In this document: one piece after another, positions 34,923-44,399 of the stretch | Numbering within the stretch: the stretch's first letter is position 1 | Layout: the number at the start of each line of letters is the position of its first letter | DNA from: a virus | Lineage: Duplodnaviria; Heunggongvirae; Uroviricota; Caudoviricetes; Demerecviridae | Strand: one strand, 5' to 3' | DNA: 64,000 nucleotides | Virus record (IMG/VR): IMGVR_UViG_2706796127_000001 | Span: 1 to 64,000 of that record | The notes under the pieces: generated by a model | Told to the model about the DNA's origin: nothing | What the model saw: only the letters and a program-made list of their open reading frames with translations | Databases searched by the model: none | Made by a program: the position numbers and the translations under genes

Positions 34923-35693
34923 ATGAAAATCGAAATTCCAACACAATGTCCCTCTTGTGGTTCTAAGCTAGATCTTGTCAACGGACAATTATTCTGTAGG
35001 AATAAGTCCAACTGTCCAGCGCAATCAAGTAAGTTAATTGAGAACTTCTGTACAAAAATGAAGTTAAAGGGCTTTGGCCCAAAAACTATTGAGAAGCTGG
35101 AGCTGACGAAGATTTCAGAACTATTTTACCTAACCGAAGAAGATTTGGTTAGAGCCGTGGGTAGCAAGGTTGCCGCTAAGTTAATTAGCGAATTAAATAC
35201 TAAAGTTCGCGGAGACATTGACTTTGGTTCAGTTCTCGGTTCTTTAGGAATCCCCCTAATTGGAGAGGTTGCAGCAAAGAAATTATCCCAAAATTGCACT
35301 AGCTTCCACGATGTGAAGGCTGACGGCAAGGCCGGAGAAAATTATAAAGCCTGGCTAAATTCCCCACAAGGCAAGGATGTTATCGAACTACCGTGGAAAT
35401 TCTCAACTGGTGCTAAAGCTAAAACCGTCGTTACTGATGATTTAGTTGCCCAGCCAAATGGAATCGCGGTATGTATTACCGGATCTTTGCAAGATTTTGC
35501 AAATCGAACGGATGCAACAAACTATTTAGAAGGTCTAGGATATACGGTTAAGAAATCCGTTACCAAAGACGTCAAATACCTAATCTGTGAGGATGAATCA
35601 AAACGTTCTTCCTCATCTTATAAGAAAGCCGAAACGAATGGGATAGAAATCCTGTCGATTAAAGAACTATTGGAGAAAAATAATAATGTCTAA
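34923..35693 (+). CDS. ligB: NAD-dependent DNA ligase, C-terminal (Zn-finger, HhH, BRCT) fragment
   Basis: A Cys4 Zn finger CPSCGS...CRNKSNC is followed by HhH-like GFGPKTIEKL and a BRCT-like tail. Confidence 0.7.
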   Translation: MKIEIPTQCPSCGSKLDLVNGQLFCRNKSNCPAQSSKLIENFCTKMKLKGFGPKTIEKLELTKISELFYLTEEDLVRAVGSKVAAKLISELNTKVRGDIDFGSVLGSLGIPLIGEVAAKKLSQNCTSFHDVKADGKAGENYKAWLNSPQGKDVIELPWKFSTGAKAKTVVTDDLVAQPNGIAVCITGSLQDFANRTDATNYLEGLGYTVKKSVTKDVKYLICEDESKRSSSSYKKAETNGIEILSIKELLEKNNNV

Positions 35694-36453
35694 ACTGAAC
35701 TGGAACGTAGAAGGTGTAACCGAGTCTCTGAAAGCAAAAGCCACTGCTCTGGGTGTTGCTGTAATCTCTCAAGAACAAGTAGCTGCTATCGCTGCTGAAC
35801 TGGCTGCTGAAACTGGCAAAGATGTTACTGCTCGCTCTGTTGGCTCTAAACTGCGTAAAGAAGGTTTTGAAGTACAGAAAGCTAACGAAGTACAGAAATC
35901 CCCGTGGACTCCTGAGCAGGAAGCTGAACTGGTTGATTTCCTGAACGCTCATGCTGGTCAGTATACCTATGCTGAAATCGCTGCTGCTGTAGCTGGTGGT
36001 CAGTTCGGTGCTAAGCAGGTACAGGGTAAGATTCTGAGCCTGGAAATGACCGCTTCTGTTAAGCCAACTGAAAAAGCTGCTGCTGTTCGTTCCTTCACTC
36101 CGGATGAAGAAACTGATTTTGTTAATCAGGTTGTTGCTGGTGCTACTATTGAAGCTATCGCTGCTCACTTCGGTCGCAATATTAAGCAGATCCGTGGTAA
36201 AGCTCTGAGCCTGCTTCGTGAAGGTCGTATCGCTGCTATGCCGGTACAGGAAACTTCAAGTGCTAAAACTCGTGAAGATCTGTTAGAAGGTCTGGATCTG
36301 GTTAACATGACTGTTGCTGAGATCGCTGAGAAAACTGGTAAGTCTGAGCGTGGTGTTAAATCTATGCTGTCTCGTCGTGGTCTGGTTGCTAAGGACTATG
36401 ATGGTGCCGCTAAGCGTGCTAAACTGGATGCAAAAGCTGCGGCTGCTGAATAA
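35686..36453 (+). CDS. Ala-rich protein with four tandem HTH-like repeats (putative DNA-binding/transcription factor)
   Basis: The unit IAAxxGxxxxxVRxK/GKxLSL repeats four times. Codon usage is strongly E. coli-optimal. Confidence 0.5.
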   Translation: MSKLNWNVEGVTESLKAKATALGVAVISQEQVAAIAAELAAETGKDVTARSVGSKLRKEGFEVQKANEVQKSPWTPEQEAELVDFLNAHAGQYTYAEIAAAVAGGQFGAKQVQGKILSLEMTASVKPTEKAAAVRSFTPDEETDFVNQVVAGATIEAIAAHFGRNIKQIRGKALSLLREGRIAAMPVQETSSAKTREDLLEGLDLVNMTVAEIAEKTGKSERGVKSMLSRRGLVAKDYDGAAKRAKLDAKAAAAE

Positions 36454-36470
36454 TCTGGTAAATTAAACCT

Positions 36471-36504
36471 AAGGGGAGGGGGCTATGCTCCTTCCCCTTT
36501 TTGC
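36471..36504 (+). terminator. rho-independent terminator
   Basis: The hairpin AAGGGGAGGG...CCTTCCCCTT is followed by TTTTGC. Confidence 0.5.
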
Positions 36505-36535
36505 ATTTAGAAGGCACGAAAGCGTGCAAAGGAGA

Positions 36536-38008
36536 ATGACCTTGTTTAACGTGCAAGCTGTAGTGTTGAAGATGCTTCTAGCTTCTGAACAGAAGCAAAT
36601 AGCATTGGAAACATTCTCAAAACTGCATAAAGATCATTTTAATGACGCTTTCTCCTCAATTTACCAAGCCGTCCAGAATTATTATAAAAAATATAACACA
36701 ATGCCGTCCATTGACGCACTTATGCTTGAAGCTAATAGGAACGCCCGCCTTTCTCAAGCTCTAGTCGTCTTAGCTAACACTCAAATTCCAGAAGTGAGCA
36801 TGGAACAGGCACTTGAAGTCCTAGAAGCCGAATATACACAGGATTTATTCCTGAAACTTCTAGAAACAGACGTGCTTCAAGATTTAACAATGCTGGATCA
36901 GGGAGAAATTCTCAACCGAGTTGCCTCCCTTCACTTAAAATTAGAAGAGAAAGTAACGAATACTGGAAAAGTATTCAACGCAGATAACATGCGTATTTTC
37001 CAGAGAGAAGAAGATACCAAACTGAACTTAATCGCTCTTGGTATTTGTAATGAGTTCGACGCTCAAATTGGTTTAGCTCGCACAGAAACGTTACTGCTTG
37101 GTGGTTGGCGTGGTACTGGTAAATCCATTATCTGTTCAAACATACAGGTTCAGCAATATTTGAATGGAGATATTGCTCCATACTTCTCAATTGAGATGAA
37201 AGAACATGAAGTATTTAGACGTAATCTAGCCATGTTAGCTGGTGTATCAGCATTAGCAATGCGTAATAATACTCTAGAAGGTGCAGCTCTGTTGAGATTA
37301 GCCAGAACTAGAGCTAGGATGTTTAATGGGGGTGAAGAGCTTTTTGATAGCTTCGTTAAACAGTACACAATGGCTAAGATGAGTGATTTCTACGATATGG
37401 AGAGTAAGCTAATAGAAGGGTATGAGCTACATACTCCTATGATTATTGTTTATGATCCTGAGCTGTCCATTACAACAGTTGACGTAGAACTAAACAAATT
37501 AGTTGCTAGATATGGCGATAAAGTTACAGTAGCTTTACTGGACTATATTAACCAAACCCGACTTCCAGACTCTAAAACCATTGATATGTATGACTGGAAA
37601 GAACAGATGGTTGTTAGCTCGTCTTTCAAATCTATCTGCCAGAAACATAACGTGGCTGGTGTAGCTCCTTACCAGATTGATCAAGATGGTAGAACACGTA
37701 TGTCAAAGGGGATTCTTGATTCCGCAGACATGGCTGCTAATCTTAATGCAGCAAAAGCTGATAATGGTCAAGGTGCTATTATGTTTGACTTCGTTAAGAC
37801 TCGTTCTTCTGATAGCGTGAAATTTATGCCTAAAATGAACTGGGAAACTCTGCGAATGGATAACACTACCAACCTAGCAATGGAAGATATATCTCAAATG
37901 GAAGCTGAGTTCGTTATCCCTATTGAGAAGGATAAGCCGGCTCAACCTAAACGTGCTAAGAAAGACAAAGCTGAAAATTCAACAGGTGAACAGGCCAGCG
38001 ATATATGA
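36536..38008 (+). CDS. DnaB-like replicative helicase (RecA-fold ATPase)
   Basis: Walker A is GGWRGTGKSI. A ribosome-binding site AAAGGAG precedes the ATG at 36536. The ORF-track start at 36485 lies inside the terminator hairpin. Confidence 0.65.
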   Translation: MTLFNVQAVVLKMLLASEQKQIALETFSKLHKDHFNDAFSSIYQAVQNYYKKYNTMPSIDALMLEANRNARLSQALVVLANTQIPEVSMEQALEVLEAEYTQDLFLKLLETDVLQDLTMLDQGEILNRVASLHLKLEEKVTNTGKVFNADNMRIFQREEDTKLNLIALGICNEFDAQIGLARTETLLLGGWRGTGKSIICSNIQVQQYLNGDIAPYFSIEMKEHEVFRRNLAMLAGVSALAMRNNTLEGAALLRLARTRARMFNGGEELFDSFVKQYTMAKMSDFYDMESKLIEGYELHTPMIIVYDPELSITTVDVELNKLVARYGDKVTVALLDYINQTRLPDSKTIDMYDWKEQMVVSSSFKSICQKHNVAGVAPYQIDQDGRTRMSKGILDSADMAANLNAAKADNGQGAIMFDFVKTRSSDSVKFMPKMNWETLRMDNTTNLAMEDISQMEAEFVIPIEKDKPAQPKRAKKDKAENSTGEQASDI

Positions 38009-38538
38009 TAACACAGGAAAGGCTAAAAGAGTTATTTGACTACTCCCCAGAAACTGGGGAGTTTACTAGAAAAGTATCTAGAGGCAATCAGAAAGCTGGG
38101 AGTATAGCCGGCTCTTTAAGAAAAGATGATTATATATGTATATGGGTAGATGGAAAGCCTTACTATGCGCATCAACTAGCTTTTCTCTATATGGAAGGTT
38201 ATTTACCTGAAGAAGTAGACCATATAAACCGTATACGAAGTGATAATCGTTGGGTTAATCTTAAAGATTCTTCTCACCAAGAGAATAGTAGGAATAAAGC
38301 AGCTAAAAGTAAATCAGGGTATATAGGAGTTAGTTGGAATAAACAACGGCAAAAATGGCAAGTTCAACTAAGAGATACCAATAAAAAGAAAGTATTCGGT
38401 GGATATTTTGAGTACCAGAATTTAGAGTCAGCAGTAGATAAGATTAATAAGCTACGATTACAATTTCATGGGGAAAATGCTATTCAAGAAATATTCGACC
38501 CGTCTAATTATCCTGCACTAGAGGAGTTAAATTCATGA
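38005..38538 (+). CDS. HNH homing endonuclease between helicase and primase (paralog of 13529..14071)
   Basis: The N-terminus is MITQERLKELFDYSPETGEFTRK. The protein has VDHINRIRSDNRWVNL. The gene has ATGA overlaps on both sides. Confidence 0.65.
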   Translation: MITQERLKELFDYSPETGEFTRKVSRGNQKAGSIAGSLRKDDYICIWVDGKPYYAHQLAFLYMEGYLPEEVDHINRIRSDNRWVNLKDSSHQENSRNKAAKSKSGYIGVSWNKQRQKWQVQLRDTNKKKVFGGYFEYQNLESAVDKINKLRLQFHGENAIQEIFDPSNYPALEELNS

Positions 38539-39425
38539 GTAGAATAACAGAACTACTTGATCTGAAAGGCATTGAATATAAAGATACAGGGGGTGACATT
38601 TTAATTTGTTGCTTAAACCCAGATCATGACGATAAACACCCAAGTTTGCGTATTGATCCTGAAACCGGGATTATGCACTGCTTGAGTTGCGGTTTTGGCA
38701 AAGGTATACCTAGTATTTATCATTATTTTAATGAGACTCAATACAGACAATCTCCAAGACTATCCCAAGTACGTAAAAAAATTTCTGAGATTAGAAATGG
38801 ATCTACGAATCTTGCAATCCCAGAATCTGCCTTTCTTTTTGAAGGTGATTTCCGAGGTATCAGTTCTAAGACCTTGAAGAAATATTTTGCTTTCCAACAC
38901 CAAGAGAACTGGGAAGGCAGAATTGTATTCCCAATCACAGATGCTGTTGGACGCAATATCCTATTTTTGGGTCGTTCTATAAACAGTTCTGCCCCTCCTA
39001 AATACTTAGTAAAACCAAAACAAGTTTCACCACCGATTTTCCCTGTACGATATAATACTCCAGTTCTTATTCTAGTTGAAGGTATCTTTGATATGCTGAA
39101 CCTAGAGGATAATGGTATAGACTATGCTTCTTGCTGCTTTGGTACACATCAGTTCACTTCAGATAACATTGCAGATAAGTTCAGTCCTTATATTATTGCT
39201 GGTGTAAAAGTTGTTGTTATCTTACTAGATAATGATGCTTCTGGTAATAAAGCTGCACAAGCATTGGCTAAGCTAATTCGTACAAAAACGCGTTTAACAC
39301 CTGTAATTGCTAACTTTCTCCTACCTGAAGGCAAAGATCCAGGTGATTTAAACAAAGATGAAATTGATATGTTAGCAAAACGTATTGAAATTTTAGTTGC
39401 TGAATCGCTTAAAGATTTGGTATAA
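38535..39425 (+). CDS. DNA primase (CHC2 zinc finger + Toprim)
   Basis: The zinc finger reads CCLNPDHDDKHPS...HCLSCGFGKG. The Toprim domain has LVEGIFD and LLDNDASGNKAA. Confidence 0.75.
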   Translation: MSRITELLDLKGIEYKDTGGDILICCLNPDHDDKHPSLRIDPETGIMHCLSCGFGKGIPSIYHYFNETQYRQSPRLSQVRKKISEIRNGSTNLAIPESAFLFEGDFRGISSKTLKKYFAFQHQENWEGRIVFPITDAVGRNILFLGRSINSSAPPKYLVKPKQVSPPIFPVRYNTPVLILVEGIFDMLNLEDNGIDYASCCFGTHQFTSDNIADKFSPYIIAGVKVVVILLDNDASGNKAAQALAKLIRTKTRLTPVIANFLLPEGKDPGDLNKDEIDMLAKRIEILVAESLKDLV

Positions 39426-39487
39426 TATATTGGTAAGTTAGAGAAGAAACACTGAAGTTATACTTACTTACCAAGAGGAGATTAAAT

Positions 39488-42055
39488 TTGAAAATCGCAG
39501 TAGTTGATAAAGCTCTAAATAACACTCGTTACGATAAACACTTCCAGCTATACGGCGAGGAAGTTGATGTATTCCATATGTGTAACGAGAAGTTATCTGG
39601 TCGTTTACTTAAAAAGCATATTACTATCGGGACTCCGGAAAACCCATTTGACCCGAATGATTATGATTTTGTTATACTGGTAGGTGCTGAACCTTTCCTA
39701 TACTTTGCGGGTAAGAAAGGTATCGGTGATTATACCGGTAAACGTGTAGAGTATAATGGATATGCTAACTGGATTGCGAGTATCAGCCCAGCCCAGTTAC
39801 ACTTTAAGCCTGAAATGAAACCAGTTTTTGATGCAACAGTAGAGAATATCCACGATATTATCAATGGTCGTGAGAAGATTGCAAAAGCTGGTGATTACCG
39901 TCCTATTACTGACCCTGATGAGGCGGAAGAATATATCAAGATGGTGTATAATATGGTTATCGGACCTGTCGCATTCGACTCCGAAACCTCAGCACTATAC
40001 TGTCGAGATGGTTATCTGCTTGGTGTTTCTATGTCTCACCAAGAGTATCAGGGTGTGTATATCGATTCTGATTGTCTCACAGAGGTTGCAGTATATTATC
40101 TCCAGAAAATTCTGGACAGTGAAAACCACACTATTGTTTTTCACAACTTGAAGTTTGATATGCACTTTTATAAGTACCATCTGGGACTTACTTTTGATAA
40201 GGCACATAAAGAACGCAGGCTCCATGATACTATGTTGCAGCATTATGTTCTAGATGAGCGTCGTGGTACTCATGGCTTGAAATCTCTAGCAATGAAGTAT
40301 ACCGATATGGGCGACTATGACTTTGAACTAGATAAGTTCAAAGAGGATTACTGCAAAGCACATAAAATCAAGAAAGAAGATTTCACCTATGATTTAATTC
40401 CGTTTGATATTATGTGGCCTTACGCTGCGAAAGATACTGATGCCACCCTACGTTTGCACAACTTCTTCTTACCAAAAATTGAGAAGAATGAAAAACTTTG
40501 CAGTCTGTATTATGATGTCCTAATGCCTGGTTGTGTATTTCTACAGCGTGTTGAGGATCGTGGTGTACCTATTTCTATTGATCGTTTAAAAGAAGCTCAG
40601 TACCAGTTAACTCATAATCTGAATAAAGCTCGTGAGAAGCTGTATACTTATCCAGAAGTAGTTCAGCTAGAGAAAGATCAGAATGAAGCGTTTAACCCAA
40701 ACTCTGTTAAACAACTCCGTGTTCTTCTGTTTGACTATGTTGGCTTAACTCCAACAGGTAAATTGACGGATACTGGAGCAGACTCTACAGATGCAGAAGC
40801 TCTGAACGAATTGTCTACGCAGCATCCAATTGCTAAGACTCTACTAGAGATTCGTAAGCTGACTAAGCTGATCTCTACTTACGTTGAGAAAATTCTTCTG
40901 AGTATTGATGCAGATGGTTGCATTCGTACTGGCTTCCACGAACACATGACTACTTCTGGTCGTCTGAGTTCTTCTGGTAAGCTGAACCTGCAACAGTTAC
41001 CTCGTGATGAATCTATTATCAAGGGTTGTGTAGTAGCTCCTCCCGGGTATCGTGTAATCGCATGGGACTTAACAACTGCGGAAGTTTATTATGCTGCTGT
41101 TCTATCTGGTGATAGAAATATGCAACAAGTATTTATCAATATGAGAAATGAACCTGATAAATACCCTGACTTCCACTCTAACATCGCACACATGGTATTT
41201 AAGCTCCAATGCGAACCTCGTGATGTTAAAAAGTTATTCCCAGCTCTGCGTCAGGCAGCTAAAGCAATCACCTTTGGTATTCTGTATGGTTCTGGCCCAG
41301 CTAAAGTAGCTCATTCTGTTAACGAAGCTCTTTTGGAACAGGCTGCTAAGACAGGCGAACCGTTTGTAGAATGTATGGTTGCAGATGCTAAAGAGTACAT
41401 TGAAACGTACTTCGGTCAGTTCCCGCAGCTTAAGCGTTGGATTGATAAGTGTCACGACCAGATCAAGAATCATGGGTTTATCTATAGTCACTTCGGTCGT
41501 AAACGTCGTCTGCATAATATCCACTCCGAAGACCGTGGTGTTCAGGGCGAAGAAATTCGTTCTGGATTTAACGCAATCATTCAGTCTGCTTCTTCTGATA
41601 GTCTCCTTTTAGGTGCTGTAGATGCAGATAATGAGATCATTTCTCTTGGCCTAGAACAAGAGATGAAGATTGTTATGCTGGTTCACGACTCCGTAGTTGC
41701 TATTGTTCGTGAGGATTTGATCGACCAATACAATGAAATCCTGATTCGTAATATCCAAAAAGACCGTGGTATCAGTATTCCTGGCTGTCCGATTGGTATT
41801 GATTCAGATTCTGAAGCAGGAGGTTCTCGTGACTATTCTTGTGGTAAGATGAAGAAGCAGCACCCATCAATCGCTTGTATTGATGATGATGAATATACTC
41901 GTTATGTCAAGGGTGTATTACTTGATGCAGAGTTCGAGTATAAGAAACTAGCTGCAATGGATAAAGAGCATCCAGATCATAGCAAATACAAGGATGATAA
42001 GTTTATTGCTGTATGTAAAGATTTGGATAACGTGAGAAGGATTCTCGGTGCTTGA
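39488..42055 (+). CDS. family A DNA polymerase with 3'-5' exonuclease domain (855 aa, TTG start)
   Basis: The exo motifs are FDSETSAL and YAAKDTD. The pol motifs are DLTTAEVYYAA (A), RQAAKAITFGILYG (B) and VHDS (C). A ribosome-binding site AGAGGAG precedes the TTG start. Confidence 0.9.
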   Translation: MKIAVVDKALNNTRYDKHFQLYGEEVDVFHMCNEKLSGRLLKKHITIGTPENPFDPNDYDFVILVGAEPFLYFAGKKGIGDYTGKRVEYNGYANWIASISPAQLHFKPEMKPVFDATVENIHDIINGREKIAKAGDYRPITDPDEAEEYIKMVYNMVIGPVAFDSETSALYCRDGYLLGVSMSHQEYQGVYIDSDCLTEVAVYYLQKILDSENHTIVFHNLKFDMHFYKYHLGLTFDKAHKERRLHDTMLQHYVLDERRGTHGLKSLAMKYTDMGDYDFELDKFKEDYCKAHKIKKEDFTYDLIPFDIMWPYAAKDTDATLRLHNFFLPKIEKNEKLCSLYYDVLMPGCVFLQRVEDRGVPISIDRLKEAQYQLTHNLNKAREKLYTYPEVVQLEKDQNEAFNPNSVKQLRVLLFDYVGLTPTGKLTDTGADSTDAEALNELSTQHPIAKTLLEIRKLTKLISTYVEKILLSIDADGCIRTGFHEHMTTSGRLSSSGKLNLQQLPRDESIIKGCVVAPPGYRVIAWDLTTAEVYYAAVLSGDRNMQQVFINMRNEPDKYPDFHSNIAHMVFKLQCEPRDVKKLFPALRQAAKAITFGILYGSGPAKVAHSVNEALLEQAAKTGEPFVECMVADAKEYIETYFGQFPQLKRWIDKCHDQIKNHGFIYSHFGRKRRLHNIHSEDRGVQGEEIRSGFNAIIQSASSDSLLLGAVDADNEIISLGLEQEMKIVMLVHDSVVAIVREDLIDQYNEILIRNIQKDRGISIPGCPIGIDSDSEAGGSRDYSCGKMKKQHPSIACIDDDEYTRYVKGVLLDAEFEYKKLAAMDKEHPDHSKYKDDKFIAVCKDLDNVRRILGA

Positions 42056-42545
42056 TTTCAAATTGCCCGTATATGCTTTACGGGCGTTTGTATCAATTGA
42101 GCAAGAAGGTGATTATTCCGTAATTACAACAAGGTATAATAAATATGTGCTAGATAACAGGAAGTTGCCTGGCACGTTTTCTCAACGTAGACTTATTCTA
42201 TTTGAGAAACGGAAAGAATTACCATACAAGCTCTATCCTATTAGGGGTAGAATATCAATGTTGTCTCAATTAGTTGGGTCAAAGCGTAGCCAATTTATAG
42301 ATTCTGATGGAAATCTTATTAACTGGAAGAAAACTACGTTCTATGATGTTGTCACCTCTAAAGTTTTGCATTCAGCTAGAATTTATAACGGAAAATACCA
42401 ATGCTATGTAGCTAAAGTTCCATACCCATTTGTATTATCCTATGTTCCAGCTTATATAAGCTATATTCTGGTAAATAATAGCCCTGTTATTTATCAAGTC
42501 CATCAAGAGGAGCCTGAAATTCCTAGACTTAGAATAAAATTATGA
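42048..42545 (+). CDS. hypothetical protein (165 aa)
   Basis: ORF overlapping the polymerase stop. Confidence 0.4.
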   Translation: MLDFKLPVYALRAFVSIEQEGDYSVITTRYNKYVLDNRKLPGTFSQRRLILFEKRKELPYKLYPIRGRISMLSQLVGSKRSQFIDSDGNLINWKKTTFYDVVTSKVLHSARIYNGKYQCYVAKVPYPFVLSYVPAYISYILVNNSPVIYQVHQEEPEIPRLRIKL

Positions 42546-43894
42546 AGGTTGTTATATCTAATAAAGCCTATTTCAAGCCCGATGATGAACTTTGGGATTA
42601 TTGTAGTAAGCAAACCACTTATCACATAGAGACAATGACTAGTAAATACCCTATTATGTATAAGAATAGTGGTGTTGCTGCTAAAGAGATTAAGTGGATT
42701 CCTATCACGCGTCTGGATTTACTAGATGCTAAAGGAGTAAAATACGAATTAGTTGATAAACGCACATTAGCTCCGGTAGATATACCAAAACCTAAGTTCA
42801 AACTGCGTGAAGAAGACCAGCTCCCAATATATGAAGAATGCGATGATACCTGTATTATTAATGGTAAGCCTGGATTTGGTAAAACTATTCTAGCCCTTGC
42901 ACTTGCGTATAAATTTGGCCAGAAAACTTTGGTAATTTGTACCAACACATCTATTCGTGAAATGTGGGCGGCAGAAGTTCGTAAATGGTTTGGGTTTGAA
43001 CCAGGCATCATAGGTTCTGGGAAATACAATATTGATCCACCAATTGTGGTCAGTAATATTCAAACAGTGAATAAACATGCGAATAATCTTTCTAAAGTAT
43101 TCGGTACTGTTATAGTTGATGAAGTTCACCATTGTGTGGCCACAACTTTCACTAACTTCCTAGAAATATCATGTGCTCGCTATAAGATTGGACTATCTGG
43201 AACATTAAAACGTAAAGATGGTCTACAAGTTATGTTCAAAGATTTCTTTGGATATAAGATCTTTAGCCCACCGGTTAATAATACTGTTGCACCTACAATC
43301 CATAGGTACTCCGTGCCTGTTGAGTTATCAGGAAACCAAAACGTACCGTGGGCATTACGTGCTAACGATGTGTATAATCATCCTGAATATCGAGAGACTA
43401 TTATAAACCTGGCACATTTATACGTGAATATGGGGCATAAAGTACTCATTGTAAGTGACAGAACAGAGTTAATCCAAACAGTACTAGAAGCTCTTGCACA
43501 GCGTGGTGTTACAACATATGAAATTATAGGGGCAACCCACTTAGATGACCGATTAAAAATCCAGGAAGATATAGCAAAAGGTGGGCCTTGTGTACTTGCA
43601 GCAGCTCAAAGTATCTTCTCTGAAGGTATTTCTCTTAATGAGTTGTCTTGTTTAATAATGGGAAGTCTTATTAATAATGAGTCTCTCATTGAACAGCTTG
43701 CAGGTCGTGTTCAACGTATTGTCGATGGCAAACTCGACCCTATTGTTGTAGATCTAATCATGAAAGGCGGCACTGGACTAAGACAGGCTTCTGGACGTAT
43801 GGCAGTATATCGTAACAATGGGTGGAAAACTATTACTATGACTCCGGAGAAAGCAGTTCAATTAGCTAAAATTGCATTTGGCAACAGCTCATAA
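42542..43894 (+). CDS. SF2 DNA helicase (D10-like)
   Basis: Walker A is GKPGFGKT and motif II is DEVHH. A C-terminal helicase domain is present. Confidence 0.75.
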   Translation: MKVVISNKAYFKPDDELWDYCSKQTTYHIETMTSKYPIMYKNSGVAAKEIKWIPITRLDLLDAKGVKYELVDKRTLAPVDIPKPKFKLREEDQLPIYEECDDTCIINGKPGFGKTILALALAYKFGQKTLVICTNTSIREMWAAEVRKWFGFEPGIIGSGKYNIDPPIVVSNIQTVNKHANNLSKVFGTVIVDEVHHCVATTFTNFLEISCARYKIGLSGTLKRKDGLQVMFKDFFGYKIFSPPVNNTVAPTIHRYSVPVELSGNQNVPWALRANDVYNHPEYRETIINLAHLYVNMGHKVLIVSDRTELIQTVLEALAQRGVTTYEIIGATHLDDRLKIQEDIAKGGPCVLAAAQSIFSEGISLNELSCLIMGSLINNESLIEQLAGRVQRIVDGKLDPIVVDLIMKGGTGLRQASGRMAVYRNNGWKTITMTPEKAVQLAKIAFGNSS

Positions 43895-43906
43895 ATGATG
43901 TATAAT
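43878..43906 (+). promoter_or_regulatory. promoter TTGGCA-17-TATAAT (overlaps helicase 3' end)
   Basis: The downstream box is ATATACATAAATTTGAGAGAG, followed by the hairpin TTCGGA...TCCGAA. Confidence 0.55.
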
Positions 43907-43977
43907 ATATACATAAATTTGAGAGAGAAAGTTTCGGATTGATAAGAAAGTCCGAAGCAGAAAAATAAAAATTTTAG

Positions 43978-44007
43978 TTGCTAAATTCTCTCGAAATCTA
44001 GTATAAT
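43978..44007 (+). promoter_or_regulatory. phage early promoter (TTGCTA-18-TATAAT), second of a tandem pair
   Basis: The downstream box is ATATACATAAATTCGAGGAG. Confidence 0.55.
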
Positions 44008-44114
44008 ATATACATAAATTCGAGGAGAAAACAAAAATTAAATTCTTCGATTATGAAAAGCTATACTTACTAGCTAGAGGAAATTCCGACCTAATTATTA
44101 AGTTATTCAAAAGA

Positions 44115-44399
44115 ATGCTTACAGAGCCTGAAGCTCACCAATTATTGGTCGGTTCCTCATTCATTTTGAATGAATCAACAATAGTTGATAATCCAAATAA
44201 ATTGTCTAATAGACAACTGGCAGAATATCTAGGAATTTTAAGTCTACGAAATTATGCCGAATACAAGTTTACAAACGATCCTAGTTTGGACATACAATAT
44301 GTTCCAGTATGGATACCACGTTTAGTAATCGACACTAACCCACTAATCGCAATTAACAAATCGAAATTAATCTTTAAAGAGGAAATAAAATATGGCTAA
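44115..44399 (+). CDS. hypothetical protein (94 aa)
   Basis: The ribosome-binding site is weak. Confidence 0.35.
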   Translation: MLTEPEAHQLLVGSSFILNESTIVDNPNKLSNRQLAEYLGILSLRNYAEYKFTNDPSLDIQYVPVWIPRLVIDTNPLIAINKSKLIFKEEIKYG

